Shown here: positions 24,620 through 33,808 of the stretch, one piece after another
How positions within the stretch are numbered: position 1 is the stretch's first letter
Layout of the letters: each line of letters begins with the position of its first letter
DNA from: Euryarchaeota archaeon UBA226
Lineage (GTDB): Archaea > Thermoplasmatota > Poseidoniia > Poseidoniales > Poseidoniaceae
NCBI GenBank assembly: GCA_002505935.1
Contig: DAWL01000084.1
Span: 1-34,377 of the forward strand
DNA length: 34,377 nt
Reading direction: 5' to 3'
Program-made: the position numbers and the translations under genes
Notes under the pieces: generated by a model
Seen by the model: the letters and a program-made list of their open reading frames with translations, nothing else
Told to the model about the DNA's origin: nothing
Databases searched by the model: none

Positions 24620-25702
24620 ATGGGTGGGCCGCTAAGGGCGATGTCCAAGGCTGATGTTATGATACGCGTCGGAATCAATGGTTATGGAACAATAGGCAAG
24701 AGAGTTGCTGATGCAGTTGCCGCACAAGATGATATGCAGATAGTCGGAGTGACCAAGACAAGTCCTTCGTTCGGATGTGACCTTGCAGTAAGGAAGGGAT
24801 ATCCATTATTCTGCACATTCGATGATGCTGAGAGGATTGCCGCATTTGGCCAAGCAGGCTATGAGTGCCACGGTGGATTGAGTGACATGCTTTCGGTTTG
24901 CGACGTAGTTATCGACTGTTCACCAGGAAAGGTTGGCGCCCAAAATCTTGAGATTTATCGTCAATCTGGTGTTAAGTCGATTTTCCAAGGAGGAGAGAAG
25001 CATGCTTTAACTGGTCTATCCTATACTTCGAGTGCTAATCATGCAGAGAACCTTGGAGCCGATTGCACGCGCGTAGTTTCCTGCAATACAACTGGCTTAT
25101 CGCGCACGTTGGTTCCACTACAAGAACACTGTTTGGAGGCAGGCGGTATTTCCGTCAATTGTGTCATGATTCGTAGGGCTGCCGACCCTGGGGATTCTGG
25201 AAAGGGTCCAATCAATGCTATCAAGCCGGTCCTCAAAGTACCTAGTCACCACGGCCCAGATGTCATGACAGTTCGCAACGACATCGACATTACAAGTCTA
25301 GCAGTTGCAGTTCCAACTACAATCATGCACGTACATGCAATAACTGTCACTCTACCTCAAGGACATGGTCTATCCACCGAATCGATCTTGGATATGTGGA
25401 AGAATACTCCGAGAGTGTTGATTATGAATGGAGCCAATACTAGAATCACCTCTACTGCAGAGGTTATGGAATTGGCTAGAGATATAGGAAGAACATGGGG
25501 TGATCTACACGAGATTTTCGTCTGGGAAGATGGTGTGAGTCTTCAGGGAGATACCTTGTATTATTTCCAGGCCATCCATCAGGAAAGTGATGTTATTCCA
25601 GAGAATGTTGATGCAATCCGTGCTCTAATGGATAGTGAGTCAGATTGGAAGGCCAGTGCGGCCAAGACGGATTCTGCTATTGCAAGGTTCAATGGATTGT
25701 AA
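24620..25702 (+). CDS. gap: glyceraldehyde-3-phosphate dehydrogenase, archaeal type II
   Basis: VGINGYGTIGKRVADAV Rossmann N-terminus and catalytic VSCNTTGLSR. Alternative in-frame ATGs at 24641 and 24659 (MIRVGINGYG). Confidence 0.9.
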   Translation: MGGPLRAMSKADVMIRVGINGYGTIGKRVADAVAAQDDMQIVGVTKTSPSFGCDLAVRKGYPLFCTFDDAERIAAFGQAGYECHGGLSDMLSVCDVVIDCSPGKVGAQNLEIYRQSGVKSIFQGGEKHALTGLSYTSSANHAENLGADCTRVVSCNTTGLSRTLVPLQEHCLEAGGISVNCVMIRRAADPGDSGKGPINAIKPVLKVPSHHGPDVMTVRNDIDITSLAVAVPTTIMHVHAITVTLPQGHGLSTESILDMWKNTPRVLIMNGANTRITSTAEVMELARDIGRTWGDLHEIFVWEDGVSLQGDTLYYFQAIHQESDVIPENVDAIRALMDSESDWKASAAKTDSAIARFNGL

Positions 25703-25707
25703 ATGAC

Positions 25708-25724
25708 TTGAGCCATAGGCTCAA
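25708..25724 (+). terminator. perfect 7-bp stem / 3-nt loop hairpin just after the gap stop codon
   Basis: TTGAGCC-ata-GGCTCAA begins 6 nt after TAA (25700-25702). No strong oligo-T tract follows, so a terminator role is doubtful. Confidence 0.25.
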
Positions 25725-25777
25725 TATTCCGATTTCATCATAAGTGTTCCAATCTCGCCTATTACCTGCTGGTGTCT

Positions 25778-28700
25778 ATGAGGGGCTATGTTCCATGCAT
25801 CTCGATGTTGCTGATTCTTCTGGCATCATCCACTGTTCCAATGATTACGGCCACTTCCAGCATCGATGGAGATTCTACAGAGTCAAAGGGCGAGTGGGTG
25901 CGAATATCTCCGCAGAGAATGATTTCTGTCGACCTTAAGCCAGCGAGCGGATTGTTGCACACTACATTGGGTTCATTCGATCCACTGATAGATTCTATTC
26001 CTTCATTTCCTTACCTCGATTCCGAGTTTTCCAGCCAAGTATTCCTCATCCAGTTGCACACTGCTGACGCTATGGCTTTCGCCTCCTTGGCTGATGCCCA
26101 TTCATTGAAAATCCTAGATCATCTTCCGGATAATGGTTGGTTGGTTCGAACTGATGATAAACATTCGATTGAAGAATTACGCCATCATTCTGAAATTCGC
26201 TGGATTAGTGCTTATCCTTCTGATTGGAAGTTGGGCGAATCCATTCAAAATGAATTGATAATGGGATTAAACGAAACGAATCTTTCGCTTGTTTTGGCAC
26301 CCGATGTCCTACAATCTTCTGAGAAGCAGATGTCCTTTGAGTTCGCCAATTTAGAACTTGATCGCACTTGGTGTGACGGAGGCCAATGTGAATTGTGGGG
26401 CATATCTATTGACGATGGATTCATTGCATCATTGGCTGCGGATGACCGAGTATTGCATATATCGAAGCTCCATTCCTCTATGCCATTGAACTCCTATGCT
26501 GCACAAGGAATTGGTTTAGGTGAATTGGCGAATATTACTGCAGGTTTGAATGGCAGTGGTGAAGTCATTGGAGTCGCAGATACGGGCATAGACTCTAATC
26601 ATCCGGATTTTGGTCAGAATATTCTCACGACAAGAACCACTTATGGACTGGATAATTCACCGTTGGATACCAATACTGGTCACGGAACTCACGTGGTTGG
26701 AACAATCATCGGCGATGGTTCAGGGGATGCTGAGACGAGAGGTCTTGCTCCCGAGGCTTCTTTGCACTTTCAGGCTCTTGAACATGATAATACAGGATAT
26801 TTTGGGAGACAAGGATCCCTGTATGATTTGTTGCGAACTTTCTATGTTTCAGGGGCTAGGACGGGCTCAAACAGTTGGGGCGCTCCGGGTGCCCACGGAG
26901 AATATACCAGTGATGCAAGGAGTGTTGATTCATTCGCAGATGACTACGAAGATTTCACAGTACTCTTCTCTGCCGGAGTTTCTAGTTCAGGAGTTGCATC
27001 TCCTTCAACAGCCAAGAATGCGCTCTCAATTGGCGCCTCCACTTCACCACGCCCTGGTTCTCTAGCGCCTGATGCGGTTTGGTCCTCCAGCGCATCAGGC
27101 TTCTCGGCTGATGGCAGGGTCAAACCAGACCTTGTGGCTCCGGGAGTAGAAATTTGCAGTACTATGTCTGAAGATGCTCTGAACCCGATGGGGCAAGCAT
27201 GTGCTAGCGGGACTCATGCAGATGGTGGTGCATTGTATCATCAATCGAATGGAAGCAGTCATTCGACCGCCGTCGCCGCTGCTTCGGTATTGTTGACGCG
27301 TGAGTTCTTACGTACGGAGGCGCAAGTCAATGCCGCATCTTCAGATTTAGTTCGAGCCACGCTAATCAATGGAGCACAGGATCTTGGAGTTGCAGATGTT
27401 CCCAACCCGGATGAAGGCTGGGGACAGATCGATCTAATGTCCAGTCTGCATCCAATGGATGGTGGCGTTGCATTGGATTCATTTTACGACATGAATATCT
27501 CATTACGACCTGGTTTTGCCTTTGTCTATGGATTCGATGTAGATGTCTCTCATGGGATTTCCATCACTTTGGTTTGGACGGACCGTGAAGGCTCTTCCTC
27601 AGCGGCCCAAAACGCCCCGCGATTGGTCAATGACCTTGACCTGATACTAACCGCTCCGGATGGAACAACTTGGCTTGGCAATGACTTCGCCAATGGCCTT
27701 TCTACTACTGGTGGCACTGCTGATAGCATCAATGTTGTAGAGAGGATTGAATTGCCTACTGGGACAACTCACCAGAGTGGTTCATGGAGTATCCAAGTTG
27801 CACACAGAGGAGGTTTGGAACAGAGTTTCGCTCTCGTTGTTGCCGCATCTGGGCAACATGATCCGGCAACTGACTTGGCTGTTTTTGACGACAGCATTAC
27901 ACCAAGCAGTGAAGAACCATTGGTGAATGAGTTGTTATCGATATCCACAGCGTGGATAAATCAGGCTCCATTAGCGGCGACTTCCTACAAAGTGAAGATC
28001 GAAGACGTTACCACTGGAGATGTTCTAAGAGAGGTAACTAGACCATCTACCCCAGGTGGAAAGATTGAGACCTTGTCATTCTACTGGACGTTCACCACTA
28101 CCGGGCCACATCTATTGCGCCTAACTCTCGATTCAGAAGATGATGTCGCAGAGATAAACGATGAGAACAATGGAATCAACAACAATGTCAAGGAATTCAC
28201 TGTCAATGTCACTGCTTTGGGCTTACGTTTGATACCGCTTCTTCAGGATGGTAGTGAGCCGGGTACAGCCAATCAAACCATTGCAGCATCTAACAAGACT
28301 CTTGATGCAAGAAACGAAACCAGCACGAAATTCGATATGATTCTCAGGCATGAAGGAACAGGTACCGAATCGGTTACGATTTCAACTGGAAGCGTGAGAA
28401 TGTACTCACCTGATGTTCCAAATTCGATAATCAGTTCACCTGATGAATGGACTCGGGAACTAAACATCAGTAGCCCACAGGTTCTTTCTCCTGCAGGTCA
28501 AGAAGGAGATGAAATTCTATTCTCATTCACTTTGGATGATATTTCAGCAGATATCGATTTAGATGAACCTAGATATGCTTACGCAGGCACTTATGTTGTT
28601 GATATTGAGGCTAGATATCAATTACAGCCGTTGATTAGACACAAGATGCGTCTCGTTGTTGTCGTTTCTGAAGTAGAAGATGTCAATATTGCTGTGGCAG

Positions 28701-30727
28701 GCACTAATGGCTTGGAAGCAATACCTGGAGAGGTGGCGGATTTCGCTGTTTCTGTGAAAAATATGGGTAATGCACCTGCCACATACAAATTGGATTGCGT
28801 TAGTGAGAATAGATGGTCTATCGAACTAGGAGATGGAGTTTCTTCATCGCAGCAATTTGAACCCCTAGGGATACTAGAGTATCTTCCGATGCAAGTAAGG
28901 ATAAGAGTTCCTGAAGCAGATGCTGGACAGCCTGCAGCCGGCTCATTAGAAGAGGTTGACTGCTGGCTGACAAGTATTGAGGATGCTTCGCTGAATTATT
29001 CTATCGAAGTCAACATGACTGTTTCGAATTTGGAAACTTACCAAGTTCAGATGTATGGTCCCGGAGGCGAGATGGTAGATGCTGCTGCTCTTTCCCCTGA
29101 GATTTCTGTAGATGCTGGAATGCAATATAATCACAGTTTCTACATTGAGAATACGGGTAATACCGAATTGGACTTGATCGTCTATCTACAGACTTCTTCT
29201 ACGTCTTGGCCGGTCTTGCTTACTCATGGTGATGACTCATCAACCAGTCAATTAGATGTCACGATTCCTGCTGGTGCAAATACTACTGTGGAACTAGTTG
29301 CTGGAGTGCCAGAAAATGCTAATGAGGGCGACAGCAATTCTCTTGTGGTCTCCACCTATATTGATGGCACAAACAGAATACTTGGACTGAAGAATTCATC
29401 AACAATGGTAGTCCGTAAAGAAGTAGGAATCGAGTTTGATTGCCAGACAAATAATGATGGCATACAAGATGGAAATAGCGAATTAGTATACATGGAAGCG
29501 ATGATCGGAGCCAGTTCCACTTTGAATTGTAGCGTTAAGAATACTGGAAATGCCTTCTTGTATTTGACGTGGTCCGTATCTGCAGTCGATGGTTGGGAGA
29601 TGGGTTTTGCTAGCGCACCTACTTCTTTGAATCAGTATGCAGAAAGTGGTTTCTTCTTCCTCGCAAAGGCGCCTGAGGGGGGCTCAACAGATAGTTTCCA
29701 AGTGACTCTGAGAGTAGTAGCTAGTCATTCCAACCAGACTGTCGATTCTAGTGTGGTTGTCATTATGTCTACGGCCGATAGCGCAAGTGCTGAACTGAAG
29801 TTATTGGAGGAAGGGGATTTCAATCTATTAGGCAGTTCAGTGGGAGTTGACCAAGAGGTTCGGATATCGGTTAGGAATATTGGAAATATAGAAGGTGAAT
29901 GGATCCCGCAGGCATCTGTTCAGGATGAAACAGGAAATGCTTCAGAAAATTGGCAAGTCGAATGTGATTACGAGGAAGGTTTGACCATCCCTGCGGGCTC
30001 CGAAGAAGAATTGGCCTGTAGGATTCATCCATTATCCGACGACTTCAGAGAGGTTCTATCTCTGCGTATCACGATGTTGCCTAAAGATGGTGATGGATTC
30101 ATCAGTTCTGATGATGGTATATCGATTCAAGTTAGTGTGAAGCGTACAGTTGAATCATCAGGTCTCTTTGCTGGTATGTCAACTCAGACTATTGGAATAA
30201 TCCTAGGGGCAATCTTCCTCGTATTGTTGGTAATAGGCATTCGTTTGAGGAAGGTCAATCGCGGTATGGATGAGGGCGAGTTGTTGGTATCCGAGGGTTC
30301 CTTTTCGGCACCTGATGATGCTGGTAACAGAAGAGAGCAAGCATTGGATATCGGAAACAAAGCCAATGACTTGACTTCGGGCGCGGTAGATAGTGCAGAG
30401 ATCGCTGCAGCAATAGCCCAATCTGCAACTATATTGCCACCCCTCGGTGCGCCTCCAAAACCTTCAGGCGCATTGCCAAAAGGCTTGCCTCCTTCATTAC
30501 CAAAAGGTCTGCCTCCTTCCTTGCCGAAGCCGCTCCCCGCCTTGCCTGCGGCATCGCCGCCTCAAACCCCCGCGCCGGCACCGGCAGTATCTCCTCCAAC
30601 AGCAGCACCTCCGGTGGAGGCATTTGCAACAGCGCCACCACCTTTGCCACCTGGAGGTTTACCTGCAGGTTGGACTATGGAGCAATGGAAGCATTACGGT
30701 GCTGAGTGGCTGAAGCGTCAGGGTTGA
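25778..30727 (+). CDS. giant membrane-anchored S8 subtilisin-like serine protease with CARDB-like repeats and a proline-rich cytoplasmic tail
   Basis: Signal peptide and I9-like propeptide. Triad contexts: VIGVADTGID (Asp, about 26579), HGTHVVGTI (His, about 26685), NGSSHSTAVAAAS (Ser, about 27255). Oxyanion SNSWG. Repeats VKNMGNA, IENTGNT, VKNTGNA, VRNIGNI. TM helix TIGIILGAIFLVLLVIGI. Pro-rich tail. Confidence 0.9.
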   Translation: MRGYVPCISMLLILLASSTVPMITATSSIDGDSTESKGEWVRISPQRMISVDLKPASGLLHTTLGSFDPLIDSIPSFPYLDSEFSSQVFLIQLHTADAMAFASLADAHSLKILDHLPDNGWLVRTDDKHSIEELRHHSEIRWISAYPSDWKLGESIQNELIMGLNETNLSLVLAPDVLQSSEKQMSFEFANLELDRTWCDGGQCELWGISIDDGFIASLAADDRVLHISKLHSSMPLNSYAAQGIGLGELANITAGLNGSGEVIGVADTGIDSNHPDFGQNILTTRTTYGLDNSPLDTNTGHGTHVVGTIIGDGSGDAETRGLAPEASLHFQALEHDNTGYFGRQGSLYDLLRTFYVSGARTGSNSWGAPGAHGEYTSDARSVDSFADDYEDFTVLFSAGVSSSGVASPSTAKNALSIGASTSPRPGSLAPDAVWSSSASGFSADGRVKPDLVAPGVEICSTMSEDALNPMGQACASGTHADGGALYHQSNGSSHSTAVAAASVLLTREFLRTEAQVNAASSDLVRATLINGAQDLGVADVPNPDEGWGQIDLMSSLHPMDGGVALDSFYDMNISLRPGFAFVYGFDVDVSHGISITLVWTDREGSSSAAQNAPRLVNDLDLILTAPDGTTWLGNDFANGLSTTGGTADSINVVERIELPTGTTHQSGSWSIQVAHRGGLEQSFALVVAASGQHDPATDLAVFDDSITPSSEEPLVNELLSISTAWINQAPLAATSYKVKIEDVTTGDVLREVTRPSTPGGKIETLSFYWTFTTTGPHLLRLTLDSEDDVAEINDENNGINNNVKEFTVNVTALGLRLIPLLQDGSEPGTANQTIAASNKTLDARNETSTKFDMILRHEGTGTESVTISTGSVRMYSPDVPNSIISSPDEWTRELNISSPQVLSPAGQEGDEILFSFTLDDISADIDLDEPRYAYAGTYVVDIEARYQLQPLIRHKMRLVVVVSEVEDVNIAVAGTNGLEAIPGEVADFAVSVKNMGNAPATYKLDCVSENRWSIELGDGVSSSQQFEPLGILEYLPMQVRIRVPEADAGQPAAGSLEEVDCWLTSIEDASLNYSIEVNMTVSNLETYQVQMYGPGGEMVDAAALSPEISVDAGMQYNHSFYIENTGNTELDLIVYLQTSSTSWPVLLTHGDDSSTSQLDVTIPAGANTTVELVAGVPENANEGDSNSLVVSTYIDGTNRILGLKNSSTMVVRKEVGIEFDCQTNNDGIQDGNSELVYMEAMIGASSTLNCSVKNTGNAFLYLTWSVSAVDGWEMGFASAPTSLNQYAESGFFFLAKAPEGGSTDSFQVTLRVVASHSNQTVDSSVVVIMSTADSASAELKLLEEGDFNLLGSSVGVDQEVRISVRNIGNIEGEWIPQASVQDETGNASENWQVECDYEEGLTIPAGSEEELACRIHPLSDDFREVLSLRITMLPKDGDGFISSDDGISIQVSVKRTVESSGLFAGMSTQTIGIILGAIFLVLLVIGIRLRKVNRGMDEGELLVSEGSFSAPDDAGNRREQALDIGNKANDLTSGAVDSAEIAAAIAQSATILPPLGAPPKPSGALPKGLPPSLPKGLPPSLPKPLPALPAASPPQTPAPAPAVSPPTAAPPVEAFATAPPPLPPGGLPAGWTMEQWKHYGAEWLKRQG
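30473..30544 (+). repeat. in-frame 24-nt tandem repeat (LPKGLPPS x2 plus a degenerate third unit) in the subtilase tail
   Basis: ttgccaaaaggcttgcctccttca / ttaccaaaaggtctgcctccttcc / ttgccgaagccgctccccgccttg. Confidence 0.8.
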
Positions 30728-30768
30728 TGCAGCGAATCGTTCATCATACATCCCTTGGTCGGAGCACC

Positions 30769-31404
30769 ATGGCAAGTATCGTTCTTTTCGGACCTCCCGG
30801 TGCAGGAAAGGGAACTCAGGCTGTAGCCATTATGCGGAAGACAGGCCTTCCTCAGGTCTCAACTGGTGATATGTTGAGAGCAGCCCTTGCCGCTGGGAGT
30901 GCGCTAGGCCTAGAAGCCAAGTCATACATGGAAGCAGGCGCTTTGGTTCCGGATAGCGTCATAATCGGCTTGATTGATGAGAGGATGCAGCAAGAGGATG
31001 CCAAGAACGGAGTTTTGTTTGATGGATTTCCAAGAACTATTGCACAAGCAGAGGCATTGGAAAATATTGAGGAGATTAAGGTTGTAGTTTCAATCGAGGT
31101 GCCCGATGAAAGAATCGTTGAGCGAATTTGCGGACGTTATTCTTGTTCAGATTGTGGAGCGGTTTATCATGAGAAATTCAATCCTACTTCCGTTCCAGAT
31201 GTTTGCGATTCATGTGCTGGTAGGCAAATGAACCGAAGAGCTGACGATAACGAAGATACGGTTCGTTCTCGTTTGCAGGCTTATCATAATCAGACTGCTC
31301 CGTTGGCAGAATGGTATTCAAACAAAGGAATTCTTCTGAGGGTTAATGGGGATCAACAAATTGAGGATGTTGCCTCAGAGATAATTTCTGGAATTGGCGG
31401 TTGA
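30769..31404 (+). CDS. adk: adenylate kinase, bacterial-type long form with Zn-binding lid
   Basis: MASIVLFGPPGAGKGTQA P-loop. Lid is CSDCGAVYH...CDSCAG (C-x2-C-x16-C-x2-C). GGAG lies 9 nt upstream of ATG 30769. Confidence 0.9.
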   Translation: MASIVLFGPPGAGKGTQAVAIMRKTGLPQVSTGDMLRAALAAGSALGLEAKSYMEAGALVPDSVIIGLIDERMQQEDAKNGVLFDGFPRTIAQAEALENIEEIKVVVSIEVPDERIVERICGRYSCSDCGAVYHEKFNPTSVPDVCDSCAGRQMNRRADDNEDTVRSRLQAYHNQTAPLAEWYSNKGILLRVNGDQQIEDVASEIISGIGG

Positions 31405-31405
31405 G

Positions 31406-31744
31406 ATGTCAAGGCGTTCGTCTCGTCGAAAATCCCATTTTAGGGCTGGCCGTAAAGAGAAGGCTCTAAGGGCCCGAGAGAGTTTGTTTGTATTGCTGAA
31501 ATCTCCTCGTGGAAGGCCCGTGGAAATGGTAGATTCAGCTGCTAAACAGATGTGGAAATTGGGGACGAGGCATCGAATAGGTTTGCATCCTGAACTCAGG
31601 CATTGGATATGCAGGGGATGTCATCGTCTATTGAGGCCCGGGCTGAACGCGACAGTAAGAACTAGGCGTGGTATGCGATTGACAACCTGCCTTGATTGTG
31701 GTAAGTTAAGGCGATTCAAACTGTTGGGAGATGATGCTAAGTGA
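31406..31744 (+). CDS. rnp4: RNase P protein component 4 (Rpp21/Rpr2 family)
   Basis: Zinc ribbon CRGCHRLLRPGLNATVRTRRGMRLTTCLDCGKLRRF and basic N-terminus. ATG at 31406 is 1 nt after the adk stop. Confidence 0.75.
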   Translation: MSRRSSRRKSHFRAGRKEKALRARESLFVLLKSPRGRPVEMVDSAAKQMWKLGTRHRIGLHPELRHWICRGCHRLLRPGLNATVRTRRGMRLTTCLDCGKLRRFKLLGDDAK

Positions 31745-32004
31745 GCATTCCAGACAAGATTCGTCAAGACGCCAAGGATCGTGATTTGAGAGTCACTGTC
31801 CGTATTGGTAAAGACGGAGTCACTGATAACCTCATTAGTGAAATGGAACAACAATTGAAGGCACGCAATCTCGTTAAAGTAAAGATGAACAGAGGCCTGT
31901 TTGACCGCCAACAGAGATTGGAAGTATGGGATGCCATAGCAGAGGCCTGTTCGGCTGTTGTTGTCGACAGTCGGGGGAACGTTGCGGTATTCTACAGAAC
32001 CTAA
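31741..32004 (+). CDS. CRS1/YhbY (CRM) RNA-binding domain protein
   Basis: VTVRIGKDGVTDNLISEMEQQLKARNLVKVKM matches the YhbY pattern (IGKnGlt..vi.e...L..hELiKVk). GTG start overlaps the rnp4 stop (GTGA). Confidence 0.7.
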   Translation: MSIPDKIRQDAKDRDLRVTVRIGKDGVTDNLISEMEQQLKARNLVKVKMNRGLFDRQQRLEVWDAIAEACSAVVVDSRGNVAVFYRT

Positions 32005-32058
32005 ATTGTCAACAATCTGCAACATAATGACTTCAAAGGGAGTAGGTTTCGAGATGCC

Positions 32059-33714
32059 ATGCACGGGGCGGATTCCTGTAGAGTAAGCATTGGTTCAAAA
32101 GCACGTCATCGCTTGACTATTGCAGGTATTTCTTTGGCTTCTTTAGCAGTCTTCTTCCTCGGTTCAGTTAATGCTGGAGGCGGGGGTGGAACTTCTCTAG
32201 ATGTAACGATTAGGGAGGGGCTGAAATCACAGGCAGTACTTGTTGGTGCATTGATTCTCTTGGGCGTATATGTTCTGATAATCTTTGAATGGGTACACCG
32301 AACATTGGCTGCTTCGATTGGCGGAATTGTCGCTGTTGGGGCTTTGATTTACTACATGGAAGGTAGTTTGACACTTGGTCAAACCGCCATGATGATCGAT
32401 TGGGATACCATTGGTCTTCTGCTAGGAATGATGGTAATGGTCGGAGTCTTGTCGCATACTGGTCTCTTTGAATGGTTCGCGGTTCAAGCATACAAGAGAA
32501 GTGGGGGAAGTGTCTGGGCTCTAGTAGTAATTCTCTGTATTGTGACCGCGGTCTTATCCGCATTCCTTGACAACGTGACCACGATGTTGTTATTGACTCC
32601 CGTAACCATTCAACTTGCTAAGGTTTTGAATCTCCCTCCAGTTCCCCTCCTAGTTGCGGAAGTTATGTTCTCAAACATTGGTGGGGCGGCTACCATGATT
32701 GGTGATCCACCCAACATTATCATTGGAAATGGTATGTCCAAAACGGCATTGGCTGGTGGAGATTATGATTCATTAGCCTCTCAAGCGATATCATTCAATG
32801 ATTTCATCATTAACCTCGCACCTGGTGTGTTGATGACTGTTGTTCCAACTTTCATGTTCCTAAAGTGGATGCACAAGGACGTATTCTGTACACGTAGAGA
32901 TAGGGATGTCTCTGAATTAGAAGCCCAATATGGAATCAAGGATGTCAGTCTACTAGTCAGAGCAGGCAGCGTTCTAGTCTTAGTCATCTTAGGGTTCTTC
33001 CTACATCCATTGATCCATCTTCCGGTTGCTTGGGTAGCATTGATCGGTGCGGTTCTGACATTGGTTTTGACTACTCCACATGAATTGGAAGAGGCATTAG
33101 AGAAGGTTGAATGGACCACTCTCCTGTTCTTCGCTGGTCTCTTTGTGTTAGTGCATTCATTGGATTACATGGGCGTAATCAATTGGATAGGAGACCAAAT
33201 TGTTGCGGTCATCTCCAACTTTGAAGACAAAGGCACACAACTTACCGTAGCAGTATTGCTTCTTCTATGGGTCAGTGCAATCGCTTCAGCCTTCATCGAC
33301 AATATTCCTTACACTGCAACCATGGTTCCAGTTGTTCTTCTTCTCGCTTTGCCCGTTGATCATGGTGGCGACCTCGAACTTCCGCTTCAGCCTCTAATCT
33401 GGGCATTGGCATTTGGAGCCTGCTTAGGTGGAAATGGAACATTGATTGGAGCATCTGCAAATGTCGTGACTGCGGGTATGGCTGAGGAAGCAGGCTACCG
33501 AATCAGTTTCAATGAATTCTTCAAGACAGGATTCCCAGTCATGATATTGACTACTGCAATAGTCACTTTCTATGTACTATTTGTTTATGTTATGAATGTC
33601 GAAATTTGGATTATTTTGTTGATTACCGTGATGGCAATCATCGCCGATGTAATTTGGGAATTGCGCCCAGGAAGAGATCGTTGGTTCCCCGACGAGTTAT
33701 TGGAATCCGAGTGA
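32059..33714 (+). CDS. ArsB/NhaD-superfamily ion transporter (permease)
   Basis: More than 10 TM helices. Hallmark AVLSAFLDNVTTMLLLTPVTIQLA, FSNIGGAATMIGDPPNIIIG, and second-half repeat IASAFIDNIPYTATMVPV / GGNGTLIGASANVV. Confidence 0.85.
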   Translation: MHGADSCRVSIGSKARHRLTIAGISLASLAVFFLGSVNAGGGGGTSLDVTIREGLKSQAVLVGALILLGVYVLIIFEWVHRTLAASIGGIVAVGALIYYMEGSLTLGQTAMMIDWDTIGLLLGMMVMVGVLSHTGLFEWFAVQAYKRSGGSVWALVVILCIVTAVLSAFLDNVTTMLLLTPVTIQLAKVLNLPPVPLLVAEVMFSNIGGAATMIGDPPNIIIGNGMSKTALAGGDYDSLASQAISFNDFIINLAPGVLMTVVPTFMFLKWMHKDVFCTRRDRDVSELEAQYGIKDVSLLVRAGSVLVLVILGFFLHPLIHLPVAWVALIGAVLTLVLTTPHELEEALEKVEWTTLLFFAGLFVLVHSLDYMGVINWIGDQIVAVISNFEDKGTQLTVAVLLLLWVSAIASAFIDNIPYTATMVPVVLLLALPVDHGGDLELPLQPLIWALAFGACLGGNGTLIGASANVVTAGMAEEAGYRISFNEFFKTGFPVMILTTAIVTFYVLFVYVMNVEIWIILLITVMAIIADVIWELRPGRDRWFPDELLESE

Positions 33715-33808
33715 TTCATTCGATTATTTCGGATTTGTGAATGCTGAAATTCACGCTCTATTAGTCGATAGCATCAAGGGTGCGACTTGTCTGCCTTTGT
33801 AAGATAGC

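Noticed and set aside
26610-27065. 151-aa plus-strand ORF in another frame inside the subtilase gene
   Set aside because: It is out of frame across the S8 catalytic domain (His and oxyanion motifs are in the main frame). There is no independent support.
30769-31404. Bacterial-type adenylate kinase as evidence of recent horizontal transfer
   Set aside because: Several euryarchaeal lineages normally carry the bacterial-type long Adk with a Zn lid. The gene is tightly packed with rnp4 (1-nt spacer) and shows no obvious compositional break by eye, so I do not treat it as an anomaly.
31621-32064. 147-aa minus-strand ORF
   Set aside because: It is antisense to the rnp4 3-prime end and the whole YhbY-like gene, both of which have recognisable motifs and operon-style overlaps.
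33737-33754. 6-bp stem hairpin GTGAAT-gctgaa-ATTCAC after the transporter gene
   Set aside because: The stem is short and AT-rich, and there is no adjoining oligo-T run of 5 or more. This is not distinguishable from chance.
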